A stretch of DNA of 64,000 bases, from the NCBI GenBank assembly GCA_021613535.1, contig CP075495.1, forward strand, positions 4,588,001-4,652,000, read 5' to 3'. The position numbers were made by a program, and so were the translations under genes. Below the pieces are notes generated by a model. That model had not been told where the DNA came from, ran no database searches, and was given only the letters and a program-made list of their open reading frames with translations. Shown piece after piece: positions 24,685 through 38,724 of this stretch. Origin of the DNA: Adineta vaga (taxonomy: Eukaryota; Animalia; Rotifera). The stretch's first letter is position 1; every line of letters begins with the position of its first letter.

Positions 24685-25056
24685 TAAATATTCGTTCGTG
24701 TAATGTGTCTTGTGCAATATACATCTTCCTTTCTCTTTTTATCCGGTCCTTCCTGTCACGCAATAGTATTTAAGAGCAAAAACAAAAATCAAAATATAGT
24801 TCTATATGTTGTATCTTAATGATAGTAGAGAATAAACTCCTTTGATGTATGTCTATGTTTTTTTTTTCGGTGTATAGTTTCCATTCCTCTTGTCACCACG
24901 TACTGTGATTTTTTTATCAACATATTGACGACCTTTTTATTCTCATATTCATTTATCTATTCTATATATTGTTCAAAAAATAAACTAAAATAAAAACGAA
25001 TTTTTTCGGTACTTAAATATTTTATTTCTCTTTTCTTTCAGATTTTGTGATCAATT

Positions 25057-28000
25057 ATGTCCTCAGATAGTAAGTAATCCATTAGGCAAAAAAATTCTAA
25101 TAAAAAAATCCCTCAGGGTGTATCTATAAATATATATTTTTCTTTCGTAGGATCTCGAAGACAAGTAAAAGTAAGAGGCAATGATACGCAACGGGTCAAT
25201 GCATTGGAACAATTAAAACGAGCAAGACAAGGTGGTCAATCAGCAATTACAGAACAGGTAATAACATCGATTTGATTATTATTCAAGAATAATGTTCGAT
25301 TAATCTATATTTTAGCCGACAGCAACAAACGAAGAAGTAAAAGATGATGAAGAAGACGAGGAGAATGATGATTATGAAAGTGATTCTGAAAAATATGAAG
25401 ATATTAAACCATGTACGAAACGAAAATCTAGTAATTTACATCAAAAAGATCCGAAACGTTCGTACCATGATTGATTAAAATCATTAAAATTCTTTTGAAT
25501 TTCACAGGTGTAAAGAAGAAACGACATTATTCAGACCACGAAGATGACGATGATGATGATGAACAATCAAAGTCTTCGGAACCAAAACGTCGTGCACAAG
25601 TTCTTGCTAAACCTCAAGAAGAATCAACAGGCATGCAAGATATTAAATCAATGTTTGCTGCAAACAAAACACGAAATGTTCTCCGTCAAGAACAAGTACT
25701 TTGTTTTCGATATGTGCTCATCACTTCGAATAAATGCATTTTTTTAGACTGAAAAGGATGAATCAGATAAATTATTGTCAGATATTATGTTCGAGCTACA
25801 AAAACCAAAGGCTAAACCAACTCGTCCTATGCCAGCACCCACACCATCTGTATCAGTACCAGTACCAGCAGCACCAATAGTGTCAAAAAAACCCGAATCT
25901 AAACCAATTGAGCGTCATACATCAGAAGAGATCAAACGAACACTTATACCTGAAACTTCATCTCATCAAAACAAAGAACTCGACTGGGGTGATGATGACA
26001 GTATGAGTTTTGATGCTGTATCGAAATTAATGAATGATACAGCTCCACCACCGCCACAGTCAAAGATTCCATCACCTCCTCTTGCATCCAAATCTTTAAT
26101 TCAATTCGATACACAAGAACTTGAATTTGTAACTGATGAACAATTATTAAAATCATCTCGAACATTTCATACATCACCATCGAAAGAAAAAGATCAAATG
26201 GAAACTACAAATAAAGATGAACATTTACGATTCTTTTGGTTCGATGCTTATGAAGATTCAGGCGCTCAACCTGGTAAGATATCATATAAGTTGTCTGATT
26301 TAGAGTTTACTCAATTGAAATCTCATTTGTGCTCAATTTTAGGCAAATTATTTCTATTTGGTAAAACACCATTATTAAATGAAGAAAAAACAACGAGCAA
26401 AACATTTGTTAGTGTTTGTTTAATCATCGATAATATTCCAAAACAAGTTTTTCTCGTACCAAAATCTGGTGTAAGATATTTTTTCGCTCATATATAAACT
26501 TACATCTCGTTTGATCTGTCTCTCCCTCTCTCTCTTCAATAGAGTTCAGCATCCGATGTCGAGGATGAATTATTTATTATTGCAAAACGTTTCAAAATAA
26601 CAAACTATACATCCGCAGTAAGTTTCGATAAGAAAAACAAGAAAAAATGCAGTTCTTCTTTGACTTTTTGATTTTTTTTAGATTGTTAAGAGAAAACGTT
26701 TTGATCCCGAATTAATTGCTATTGATTTACTCAATGAAATCGATGTTGTTGAAATGAAATATCCAGTAAGTTCACTTCTTTGTTTTTGAATAGATTAGCA
26801 GACATGAAAATTGTTTTTTTCAGGCTCGTTGTGCGACATTACCCAGTGATTTACAAGGTGATACATTTCAATGTATCTATGGTACGAATCAAACTGCACT
26901 TGAATATCTACTCATTGATAAAAAACTCAAGGGTCCATGCTGGTTGAATATTAAAAATTGTGGTTCGTAGTTGAAATAATTGATTTATAGAAAAAAAAGT
27001 TTATATTCGTTAATAGCGCCAGTGAAAACTCGACGAAGTTGGTGTAAACTTGAATATGATGTTGATTATTATCATGGAACCGATCGTCAAATAACAAATA
27101 TTGAAATCAGTACGATCGTTTCACTACCACCACCGTTAGTAACGGTGACTCTTTCCTTAGTGACATTACCGAATAACAAATCTCATGAAACTGAAGCGAG
27201 AAGAAACAGATCAGTTTTGAAAATTTTAATAAATGATTTTATTTAGGTTATATGTGTTGCGGGACTTGTTCATCAACAATTTCCACTGGATAGTGCTGCA
27301 CCAAAACGACCGTATCAAAATTATTTTGTTGGTTAGTTGATTTCTTGTTTGTTAAATAAAACATCTCATTTCATCTATATTTTCAGCATTGACGAAACCA
27401 AGTGATTGTATTCTTCCAACTGGTCTTGTCAAAGCAGCTGAATCTCAAGTAAGAATTTATTATCAGACTGAAGAAAGATGAAAGTAGAAATATTCTTTTC
27501 TTTTTTAGAAAATTAAAATTGAAACTGTTCCTGGTGAACGAGCATTACTGATGTATTTGATATCAAAATTTCAAATATTAGATCCTGATGTGATTGTTGT
27601 AAGTAGGAAAAAAATAAGATAAGAAACGATTGCTTGTATCACAATCGGTTCATTTTAGGGTCATGATATGCGCATGTTTGGCTTGGAATTATTCTTATCA
27701 CGTTGTCAGAAATTAAAAGTTGGTTTAACAGCTTCAAAAATTGGACGTCTACATCGAACACATGATGGAAAAACGAAGGTATTGCTTGTTTTGTTGAAAG
27801 AATTTCGATCAATGAATGTTTACGCAGGTTTCAACAATTAAAAATCCAACATGTGGTCGTCTTCTATGTGATATATCGATATCAGCGCGCGAATTATTAA
27901 CAAAATGCAAATCTTATGATCTTCAAGAATTGTGTAAAACAGTTTTAAATAATGAACAACAACAACTCTACAGATCGTATTCAATTGATCAAACAAGAGA

Positions 28001-31000
28001 TGCATTTAGGTATATGATTAGCGAATTAAAATACATTTCTTTTGAATAGTTAGCTAAAAAAAAGATACATTCAATTTTTACATCGTTCTATTTCTATTGA
28101 AATTTCAGTTCATCAATGTCTATTGTCGATCTTGTTCAAGCAACATTGAACAATACATCAGTAATATTGAATATTTTCTGTCAATTAATGGTCTTGCCAC
28201 TTGCATATCAATTGACATGTATTGCTGGAAATTTACTTGTAAGATCATTGCATCAAATAATCGAAGTGTTTTCATCTTTGAACATGTTTTTGTTTTCATA
28301 GAGTCGAACATTAATGGGTGGTCGTTCCGAACGAAATGATCATTTATTATTACATGCATTTACTGAACGTGAATATATTGTACCCGAAAGAACGATCATA
28401 TCCAATCATCGAACTGCTCTCAAACATACACAAGACGTATTTGAAATTCATGAAAATCTTTCCTTTTTCGATGAATTTATTTATTTTAGATGCACAATGA
28501 ATCAGATGAAGAAGTTGATGATGATACTACTACTAATAATAAGAAAGCAGCAATAACGAAAACATCAGCAACATCCTATACAGGAGGTTTAGTTTTAGCT
28601 CCGAAGAAAGGTTTCTATGATCATTTTATACTCTTACTGGATTTCAACAGTTTATATCCATCAATCATTCAAGAATTTAATGTTTGTTTTACAACATATA
28701 TGAAAAAATCTATCCAATCACGTTCAGTAAATTCTTCGTTTTTTTCATTACATTTGAACAGATTTATTGAAAACTTTATTGTAATTAGAATAATGCAGAA
28801 CAAGAACCAAATGAAGTCGATGATATTGTTGCTCTTGATGAAACATCCAAAGGTATTTTACCATTAGAAATCTATAAACTTGTTGAACGACGTCGTGAAG
28901 TTAAAAAATTAATCAAAGAAAAGAAAAATTTATCCGATGAACAACTTGTTCAAGTATTGTTGTTGTTTTTTTCCTTATTTACTATTCATTTCTCACGAGA
29001 AAAATCATCAATTTCTAGTATGATATTCGTCAAAAAGCTTACAAATTAACAGCTAATAGTTTATATGGATGTTTGGGTTTTAAGCATTCAAGATTCTATT
29101 GTAAATATCTTGCTGCTTTTATTACCTATAAAGGTAGAGAAGTAAGTGACGACAATTTCTTTTGATTGTTAAACGTTGATTGATAATTTTCTTCTAGATT
29201 CTCATGCAAGCAAAGAATATTGTTGAACGAGTAAGAGCAACGATTTCGATATGAAATAAATATTAGATTCGAATATGTTATAGATGAATTATGACGTTAT
29301 CTACGGTGATACAGATAGTATTATGATTAATACAAATTCAACTGATTATGATCAAGTCATGGCAATTGGAGCTAAAGTAAGTTTAATCTAGTGAAATTGT
29401 ATTTGAAATAAACAAATGATTTTGATTTAGATTCGAAATGAAATCAATCGTCAATATAAAAGTGTTGAAATTGGTATTGATGGTGTATTTAAATGTATGT
29501 TATTATTAAAAAAGAAGAAATATGCTGCATTAATTGTTGAAAAAAGTCCCACACAAGAATTTACCTACAAAACAGAATTAAAAGGTTTAGATATTGTTCG
29601 ACGTGATTGGTGTCAATTAGCTCGTTCAACTGGAGAGTAAGTTCTTTTCAGATTCATACTAAAACAAGAATCAACTTTTCTTTTTTTTTTATCTAAACTA
29701 GATTTGTTGTATCAGTTATTCTTTCTGGTCAATCACGTGATGATGTTCTTGATACTATTCATAATCGATTACGAGATTTAGGTGATGAAATGCGTACTGG
29801 TAAAATTGATATTGCTGAATATGAAATCAATCGAGTAAATTATATATAAATTCTATTCTTTTCTTCGAATAATTCGTTCTTATTTAGCAACTTTCGAAAG
29901 ATCCAAGTGATTATTCTGATGCAAAAAGTTTACCACATGTTCAAATAGCTTTACGTTTCAATACAAATTCGACAGGAAGAAAAATGAAACGTGGTGATAC
30001 AATTGCCTATATCGTTTGTGAAGTATGATTATCGTTGAATTGATTGAAAATAAGAATTTAGTATTTCATTCTTCTAGGATGGAACACAAAATTCTGCTAT
30101 GCAACGTGGTTATTTACGTGAAGAACTTCTATCTACATCACCACCATTAACAATTGATATTAATTATTATTTACATCAACAAGTTTTACCTGTAATATCA
30201 CGTTTATTAGAACCATTTGATGGTACTGATCAAGCATATCTTGCACAATGTCTTGGCTTAGATTCATCGAAATATAAACAACGTCAACAAAAACAATATG
30301 GAATAAAAGGCGATGAAAATAATTTAGATAATGGAAATGATGATGATTTTGATGACGAATTACTGTTTGGTGATGGTGAAGAAGCTTTCAAACAATGTGA
30401 TCCATTTGTATTTCCTTGTGTTAAATGTGAAACTTTAAATTTCTGGAATGCACCATTTAGTTTCAATGAAGTAAGATATTTAAACAAAATGTTTCATTGC
30501 ATTTCTATTATTTCTTTAGGATAAATCATGTGTATCATCACTTCTTCGTTGTACAAATGTGAATTGTTCAAGTCAACCAATTGATCATGTATCTTATTTA
30601 CGCAATCGTCTTACGGTGATGATTAATAAAGCAATTCGACGTTATTATCAAGTAAAGAAGTTTTGCTTTGTTGAATCTAGTTTGATTCTTTTCTTTTGTG
30701 TGTAGAATTGGCCGATGTGAAGATGATACGTGTTGTGCATATCGAACACGGCAAACCCCATTAGAAATATTGCATAAAAGATATACATGTACATCATGTA
30801 ATAAAAGTGAACTGATTACTGAAGTAATTATGAAAGAAAAATGAGTTTTTTATTTTATTTTTGATGAAATCTAATCCGTTTTAGTATGATGATCGTCAAT
30901 TAAATTTACAACTTCGTTTTCTCAAACAATTATTTAATCTCGATGGTTATAAACAATCAATAAATCGAATAAAATCAGGTAGAAATGATATATATATATT

Positions 31001-31202
31001 TCAACTCATAATCTTATTATAAACTGATTTTCTTTTAGAACAAGTTGATGTTTATTTGAAAGGTTTATCAGCGGAAATGATTCGTTCAATTTCTAAAACA
31101 ATGAATGATCTACAAGGACATGTCGATCGCATTGTACAAAAAAGTGGTTATGCTGAAGTATGCGTTAGTGATCTCTTTGCTCAATTTTACTTTAATACAT
31201 AA
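25057..31202 (+). CDS. POLA1: DNA polymerase alpha catalytic subunit, multi-exon
   Basis: [93 protein letters not shown], and two C-terminal Zn modules. One apparent frame break at ~30712. Confidence 0.96.
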
Positions 31203-33487
31203 ATTCCAATGATCTATTTTTTTTTTGTTCTTATGACTGTCAGATAGATCCAAAGATATTCGTTATTGTTAATATGATTGTCAGATAAATAGATATATAT
31301 ATTTTTCTTTATTTTGTGAAATAAAAAAAAGTTAAAGCAATTCTTGTGCTGATGTAACACGTTCAATACATAAGTTAAATTATAAACTCAGACGTTGATA
31401 AATATAAGAATACGAATTGTTTTCATTGAGGCGATGACGAGATGAAGAAAGCTTCTGTGTTTTAGTAAAAAACTGTTTTGAAAATAAATATATGCATTTA
31501 CTGTAGGAGATGTTCATCTATACATTTATGAAAACAAACATCATTTCTAAATTATCGTACTCTAAAAATGATGGAAAATATTGTGATCGCATCATCTCAA
31601 TAAATTTCGAGATACTTTTATAAATATAATTTGCCCATTGTGGAACTATCTCTCCTTGTAACAACGTTTTCAGACAAAGATGTACATTTATATTTCAGTA
31701 TCATTATGAATATCACATGATCGTCGTTTTATTCATAGGTAGTCTCTAGGAGACTCAATGGTTACGTTACAACTTTGATAGTTTTCTTTTCTATGATACT
31801 ACGCGTTATGTAGTGTACGCTAATCATACATATTTATTGTAGACACCGATACATAGTACGTATCGTAATAGTGCGCAAGTATGAAGAAAGCAAAACATTG
31901 TTCATGAGAAAATCTCTATCGTTTCAAAAGACAGATGGTAAGTGTTGAATGATGGAATAAGTGTAGTATCAATCATCATGATAACCTTTCGTAAAATAAA
32001 TTGATCAACGCAAAAGTAGATCTACTATTGCATCCAATACATCATAACATACTGTGATAATCAATTGTACAAATCAGTATGAGTATAATTTACGTCGGTA
32101 TGTTAACAAGTATTGGTCAGCTTTGTTGTCAGTATGATCAATTTATTTAAAAGTTCATTTCTTTACAATGAAATATGATACGAAAAATCTCCCCATCATT
32201 AATAGTGTTGATCTACATCAATGATTGTGAGGTAAATTAATCCATAGAGTTGCTAATCGTTCCAGATAATATGTAGATAAATGAATAAAACATTCAAACT
32301 TTAATCTCTAATTATCTATAGGAACTATACTCTTGTGTCCATTTGATTTGATTCTATATATTTTTTTTAGTAGCTTAGGTCAAATACTACTTCAATTTTC
32401 TTCACGCTTATTTATCTATATCATTGACCTCTCATACCTAATGAATTGTAAAGAAGAGATCCAATAGTCTTCTGCAAATTAATGAAATATTATATATCAA
32501 CATAAATCATGTAAAGATTCTTTCATTCATTCATTCATTCTTTTCTCATACGAAGCGAACAGGAAGGAAAGTAAAGCAAATAAATGATTTTTACTATGTT
32601 TTTCGAATGAATAATCGAGCAACACCAAGTTGACCGTCTATACACGTCTATAATTGCAGACTCGTTGAATGTTAATCTTATGCTTTCGGACAACGAACGA
32701 AATGATTAGAAAATGTACACATCTATCCAACGATGAATAAGAAAGCAAGAGAAGAAGAGCTCAATATGTTTGATAACAAGCTCGATATGACCGATTGTTA
32801 TTTGGCTCCGATCATTACTATAAACGATTGAAGACAAACAAGAAAATATAACAGGAAGAAAGTAAATGCCAGTCATCATCGTCTTATCTAGGCTTTTTCT
32901 TTTTTGCCTTGATGAATCATTATTAACAAGAAAAACATGTGAGCTATGAATGAGTGTGCATACTTTTCAGCACCATCATCTCTGGCTAATGTGACAAACA
33001 GGAAAGGAGAAACGAAAAAGAGAGAGAGAGAGAAGAGGAAATTTTTCTTTTCTTTTCTAAGAGAAATAAACGGACGATGAGAAAAATAACTTTTCTCTCA
33101 TATTCGCTATTAGTACGAGTGTGAGTACTGTCTTGTTTTCGCCTATAGTTAAATCATGGTATAGACTATACAGCCTTGTATTTAAACTAGGTAATTAAAC
33201 ATGATCGATCATACGATGCGTGTACTTTCTCTTGAAATCTTTTGTTCTCTTTCTTTGAATTTCAACAGAACTATGAAAAATCAAAGCAAATGCATTTCAT
33301 TCATTCATTCATTCATTCAATTCTCTTTTGAGTTCACCGATTGTTTGACCCTACCAATCTATATTTCACACTTATTAGCAAAAAAAAGAGATATACGCAC
33401 AAACATTCTTCTTTTGAAAATAAAAGAAGATAGATCGTTGTTATCTTTTCTGATTCGTTACACATATTCTTTCATTTGTTTATAGTT

Positions 33488-36400
33488 ATGTATAAAGAAA
33501 CGATTTGTATTCTTTTATTCAAATTAATATTCATCAATTGTTATACATTTCAATCTTCTATTGATAATTTACTTTACATTAAAAATACATCGACATTATT
33601 TGCAATATCTTCATCGCATTTATATCAACTACATTGGTCAACATCGAATCAAACTCTTCTGTTATTACATCGCCGTGTTCAATTACATTCATCCATTGAT
33701 AATACAGAATATGGTGTTAGTGTTTTTGTTTATGATCAAATTAAACAATTATTAATTCTATGTGCACGTTCAGTTATCGGTCGTTGTATTTTATATGATG
33801 CTAATGATATTAGTCGAACTTATACACTTGATTCAGCGATTGAAACCAATTATCTTGGTTGTCTATCGGGTTGTTATACATTTATGTCAACAAATATTAT
33901 TCGTTCAGCTCTAAATGGTAATCGTCTTGAACATAATGGCAATATAATTAATTCACAAATAGAATTACGAAAAGATTTACTTAGTTATAATATAAAATAT
34001 CAATTTGAATCAAGTGATAATACATTAATCACATCATTAACTTTCTTACCTGAACGTTTAATAAATAAATACAATTATGAATATATCTATGGATTTGATT
34101 ATGAACAATATACATATTATATCTTGAAATCATCACGTATTGCACGTTTATGTCAATCGACTATTGCTATGCGTGTTACGTATGATGAAATACCATTATT
34201 AAATTGTAATAATATCGAACAGAATTCATCGATTATTACAGGAGCTTTCTATTCCTATGATCGAATGAATAATTTATATGTTATTTTCGATAGTCTTGTT
34301 TGTATTTATTCAATCGACGATATTTTACAAGCATTTCGAGCATCAAAAAATCAATGTCAAGCTGGAAATGGTTATCGTCTTGATCATATTGTTGATAGTG
34401 TAGAAATTCGAGCAAAATGTGAGAAAACTTTAGAACAAAATCGAACAGAAATCAATGAATGTACATGGCAAGCTTATCGAACGAATACATACGTGGATGG
34501 AATGATTGGTGCAATTGGACAGAAGATTTATGATACAATGGCAAAAAATATTAAGATTAGATTTATTTTTGCTCAAGATAATATTGTTATTATAAGTACA
34601 AGTGAACGAAAAGTTTTAAAGGTAAAAGAAGTCTTCTCTTATTTCTTTTCACACGAATGAACTGTGAAGAAATTTTCATATCTTTTGTATCATCTGAAGG
34701 ATTATTTCTAACTGAGAAAAGAAAATCTTGTTTTTCTTTTGTGACACTCTTTGTATCTAGTGTCGATATCTAATTATAAAATATTTAGTTTATTCGATCA
34801 AATCGAACAATACTTTATCTATTACATGAAGCTATTTATTATAATGAACCATTTAATAGTCAATATGTAATTGATTATGAACATGAATCATTAATTTTTG
34901 CTGTAGGATCTGAAGTAATTATTTTATTTAAAGATTATTTAACATAAATATCAATATCTTCCTCATGCATTTAGCTTCATCGATATGCCTATAATTCATG
35001 TTCAATTTATGAAACATGTCGATCGTGTATTGGTAGTCGACGATATGATGTTAAATCATGCATATGGTTTGATGGAAAATGTTCATTATCATCGAATTCA
35101 TTGATATTCAATCGTGGATGTCCACCATCAATTGATCAAGTTTGTTTAGAAACTTTCTTATCAATCTTTTGCTTTACTTCTCGAATAGATTAAACCAAGA
35201 AATATAAATCTTAACCATGAACGAATATCATTGACAATAAAAGGTCTATTCGAAGGAGTACAAACTCATTTAGTAAATGTAACAGTTAAATTTCCTACAT
35301 TAAATTACAATCAAACTGTTTGTACTATTGAAACTATTGAAAATGACAGGTTTGCTATTGGAGATACAATTTATTAGAGTCTATCATTTTCATTTCTTTA
35401 CTTAGTTTAACATGTAATTTAACTATTCCCAAACAACCTGTTAATGGTATACTTGCATTGGATATTAAACCTAATCATTCATTAGCTCTGGGTGATACTG
35501 ATATATCAGGTTTTATTGAATTGAATGAAAAATTGAATATTTATGTAAGAATACAGATTATTGTATTTAAAACAATAGTATAATAATTAAATTTAGATAC
35601 CTAAACCGATTCTTGTACCTGATTTTGGTCCAGCTGCTGGTGGAACAAAAATTCGAATACAAAATTTAGCATTTGACAATAGTTTGGATTTGTTTTCAAC
35701 AATGAACATCTTCCTAGGAAACAAACAATGTGACATAACTGAGTAAGACTTCCTTTTATCTCTTCCAGTCACTATGATAAGAACAAGGGTAACTCGTATT
35801 AATCATTCGAAAAAGCAACTAGAAATCACGTTTCCAAGATAAATCTATTTCGTTATGTTAAGAATGGTATTTCTTACTTAGAATTTTATTACAGTAATGT
35901 AGACAAAGAATGTAATGAATCAGACTTAAAGTATTGACCTGAAAAGTTCTATTGAGTCAAATCGATTATCTTTTCATACGTTTTTTGATTTTCGTAGAGT
36001 AACTTCAGATGAAATTGAATGTATCAATCAAGCTTGTTCAAATAATCTAGAACGATTAGAATTAAGTATTCAAGTAAATAATAACTCATGGCAAATAGAA
36101 AAAACATATTTTCAATGTCGTACCGATCCGATTATTTCGGATTGGTATCCAAAAAAATCGATATTAAGGTAAAAAAAAACATCAAATATCTTTTTGACAA
36201 ATATATATATTATTTCTTTCAGTGGTGGATTTAAATTGACGGTTAATGGTCAACATTTGGATGTTGTTCAAATGCCAATGATGAAATTTGTTTATAATAT
36301 TTCTGATTATGAATTCATTTCAGTTAGTTTTCATGATTGATTGTTTAGAAAGAACATTGATTTGTTCTTTTTATTTTTAGTTATGTGAATCAATTTCAAG

Positions 36401-38479
36401 TTCACAAATGATTTGTTTATCACCTGCTATTGATAAAAATCTTGGCTTAAATCCACCAATTGATCTTGACGTAACATTTTTCATGGATAATATAAAAATT
36501 ATACCTGACAATAATATTTTAACTATTATCGATGATCCTATTTACTATCCATTTAAAGATTATATTCAAGAGATTAATTCAACAAATATAATCAAATTTC
36601 AAGTAAATTAATGAATTGTTCTATTGCATAAACTTGATTTTTGTCTATTTTAAGGGAGCAAATCTCGATGTAACACATTCAATGGATCTTATCGATGTAC
36701 AGATAGATCATATTCATAATGCTTGTATACCATTCAATTTAACAAACACATATCTGATGTGTACATTATCGAAAGCAGCTATGAATAATCTCAAAGATTC
36801 TGAAGCAAATATTGATGTAAGTAAAGTGATTTCATAGTATTGATAGACAATAGACTCTTCGAATTTTACGAATTCTTCAGATTCATATTGGAACAAATCT
36901 GACATTTTTAATTGGTAAAATTGTTATTCAAAATCATACGCAATCAACTTTATTACTATCAATACCTTATCTAACAAAACAAATTGGTTCTTGGACAATA
37001 TTGATTCTTATTATTTTAACATCTATAACAATCTTAAGTTTATTATTTGTTTTTGTTATATTTATTCGTCGTCGTTATTTTCAATTCTCGGAAAAATATC
37101 ATAAACAAACAAAACCACCACAATATTATCAAGATGTTTGGTGTGAATTAGGAAAAAAATGGCAAATTCATCCAAAATATTTAACTTTAGCAGAAAAAAT
37201 TGGTCAAGGATGTTTCGGTGATGTTTATCGTGGAGAATTGAAACAAACGGATAATAAATCACTTGAAGTAGCAATTAAAGTTCTTCGTGATCAAAATGTT
37301 GCATCTATGCATGAATTTTTATTCGAAGCTAATCGTATGAAAGATTTTTCACATCCGAATGTTCTTTCATTGATTGGTGTCGTTTGGGATCCAGTACGGA
37401 AAGCAATGGTACTTCTACCATATATGAAAAATGGTGATTTAAGAAGTTATATTTCCAATGAGAAAAATCGACCAACTGTACGACAATTAATCACATGGGG
37501 AATACAAGTCGCTGATGGAATGGAATATTTATCAGCATTGAAATTTATTCATCGTGATTTAGCAACACGAAATTGTATGTTAGATGAAAATTTAATCTGT
37601 CGTATATCAGATTTTGGTCTTAGTCGAGATATTGTTGATAGAGACTATTATCTTGTACCGAGAACAACAACAAAAGAAAAAAATGGACTAGTTATACAGA
37701 TGCCACCAAGACGATTACCAATTCGATGGCTTAGTCCAGAATCAATTGAATCATCAAAATATACTATTCAATCAGATGTGGTTAGTTTGATTTCATAAGA
37801 TAACTTTAGATAAATCGTTTCGAGATTGACAAAACAAAACGAATGATAGAAATCTTTTTTTTCTTGAATAAGATACTCGATAAGTAGCTTTATTAATGCG
37901 TTGTTTTATTTTTCATTTCTCTAGTGGTCCTATGGTGTTCTTCTCTGGGAATTATTAAGTCGTGGTAAAACACCATATCCGGGTATTGATAATGCTGATA
38001 TATTTACATATGTTAAAAATGGTTATCGTCTTCCTCAACCAACTTATTGTCCTCCATTACTCTATAAATCAGCCATGTTTCTCTGTTGGAATACTGATCC
38101 ATCCCAACGTCCCTCATTTGCAAAACTTGCACAAGATATTCGTCATATTCTTCAACAACTCGAATTAGAACAACAAAAACACAATGCACATTATCAACCA
38201 TCATCATCAGCTGATGATGATGATACAACTATTGTTCAACGATATCCAGCCGATCGAAAAATCAACCGATTATCAACCACATCATTATCATCATCTGCAA
38301 GTACGAGTGGACAATATATTACAACACCTCATCGTCAATCGGAAAATATCCAATTATTATTTGATCGTGGTGGTGATGATGAAGATGCATATGCTGTAGC
38401 TGTTAATTCAAGTGCTGATGTTTTTAGTACAACGAGATTATTGCCTCGATATACTGAAGTAAGCATTGCAGATGCTTAA
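33488..38479 (+). CDS. MET: MET/RON-like receptor tyrosine kinase (signal peptide, Sema-like, PSI, IPT repeats, TM, kinase)
   Basis: Sema-like SRIARLCQ; PSI CSIYETCRSC...CIWFDGKC; IPT motifs GPAAGGT and GGFKLTVNG; TM at ~36990-37065; kinase IGQGCFGDVY, VAIK, MKDFSHPNVLSLIG, LPYMKNGDLR, HRDLATRNCM, DFGLSRD, SDVWSYGVLLWEL. Confidence 0.82.
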
Positions 38480-38724
38480 CTTTCTACAATGTAGATATAT
38501 ACATTCTTGTGTATGTATTTGTGATATGAACTAATGTGTGCCGTGTGGTTTCTTTTTCGCGTTCATGCTACATTCTCATAAGATATTTGTACCTTTCTCT
38601 TCAAATTGGTTTCAAGGGAGATGTCAAATAATTAAAAATAAATGTTTATATATTTCATCTATTCTAAACTTTTTTTTGAAAACATTTTGAAAGGAAATAA
38701 ATCTACTGAGAAAATCATTCTTTC

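Noticed and set aside
31203-33190. 2-kb ORF-free gap (also 2000-4400) as a possible transposon or ncRNA
   Set aside because: I found no terminal repeats, transposase/RT remnant or convincing stable hairpin. It is best explained as upstream regulatory DNA of the MET-like and Cas genes.
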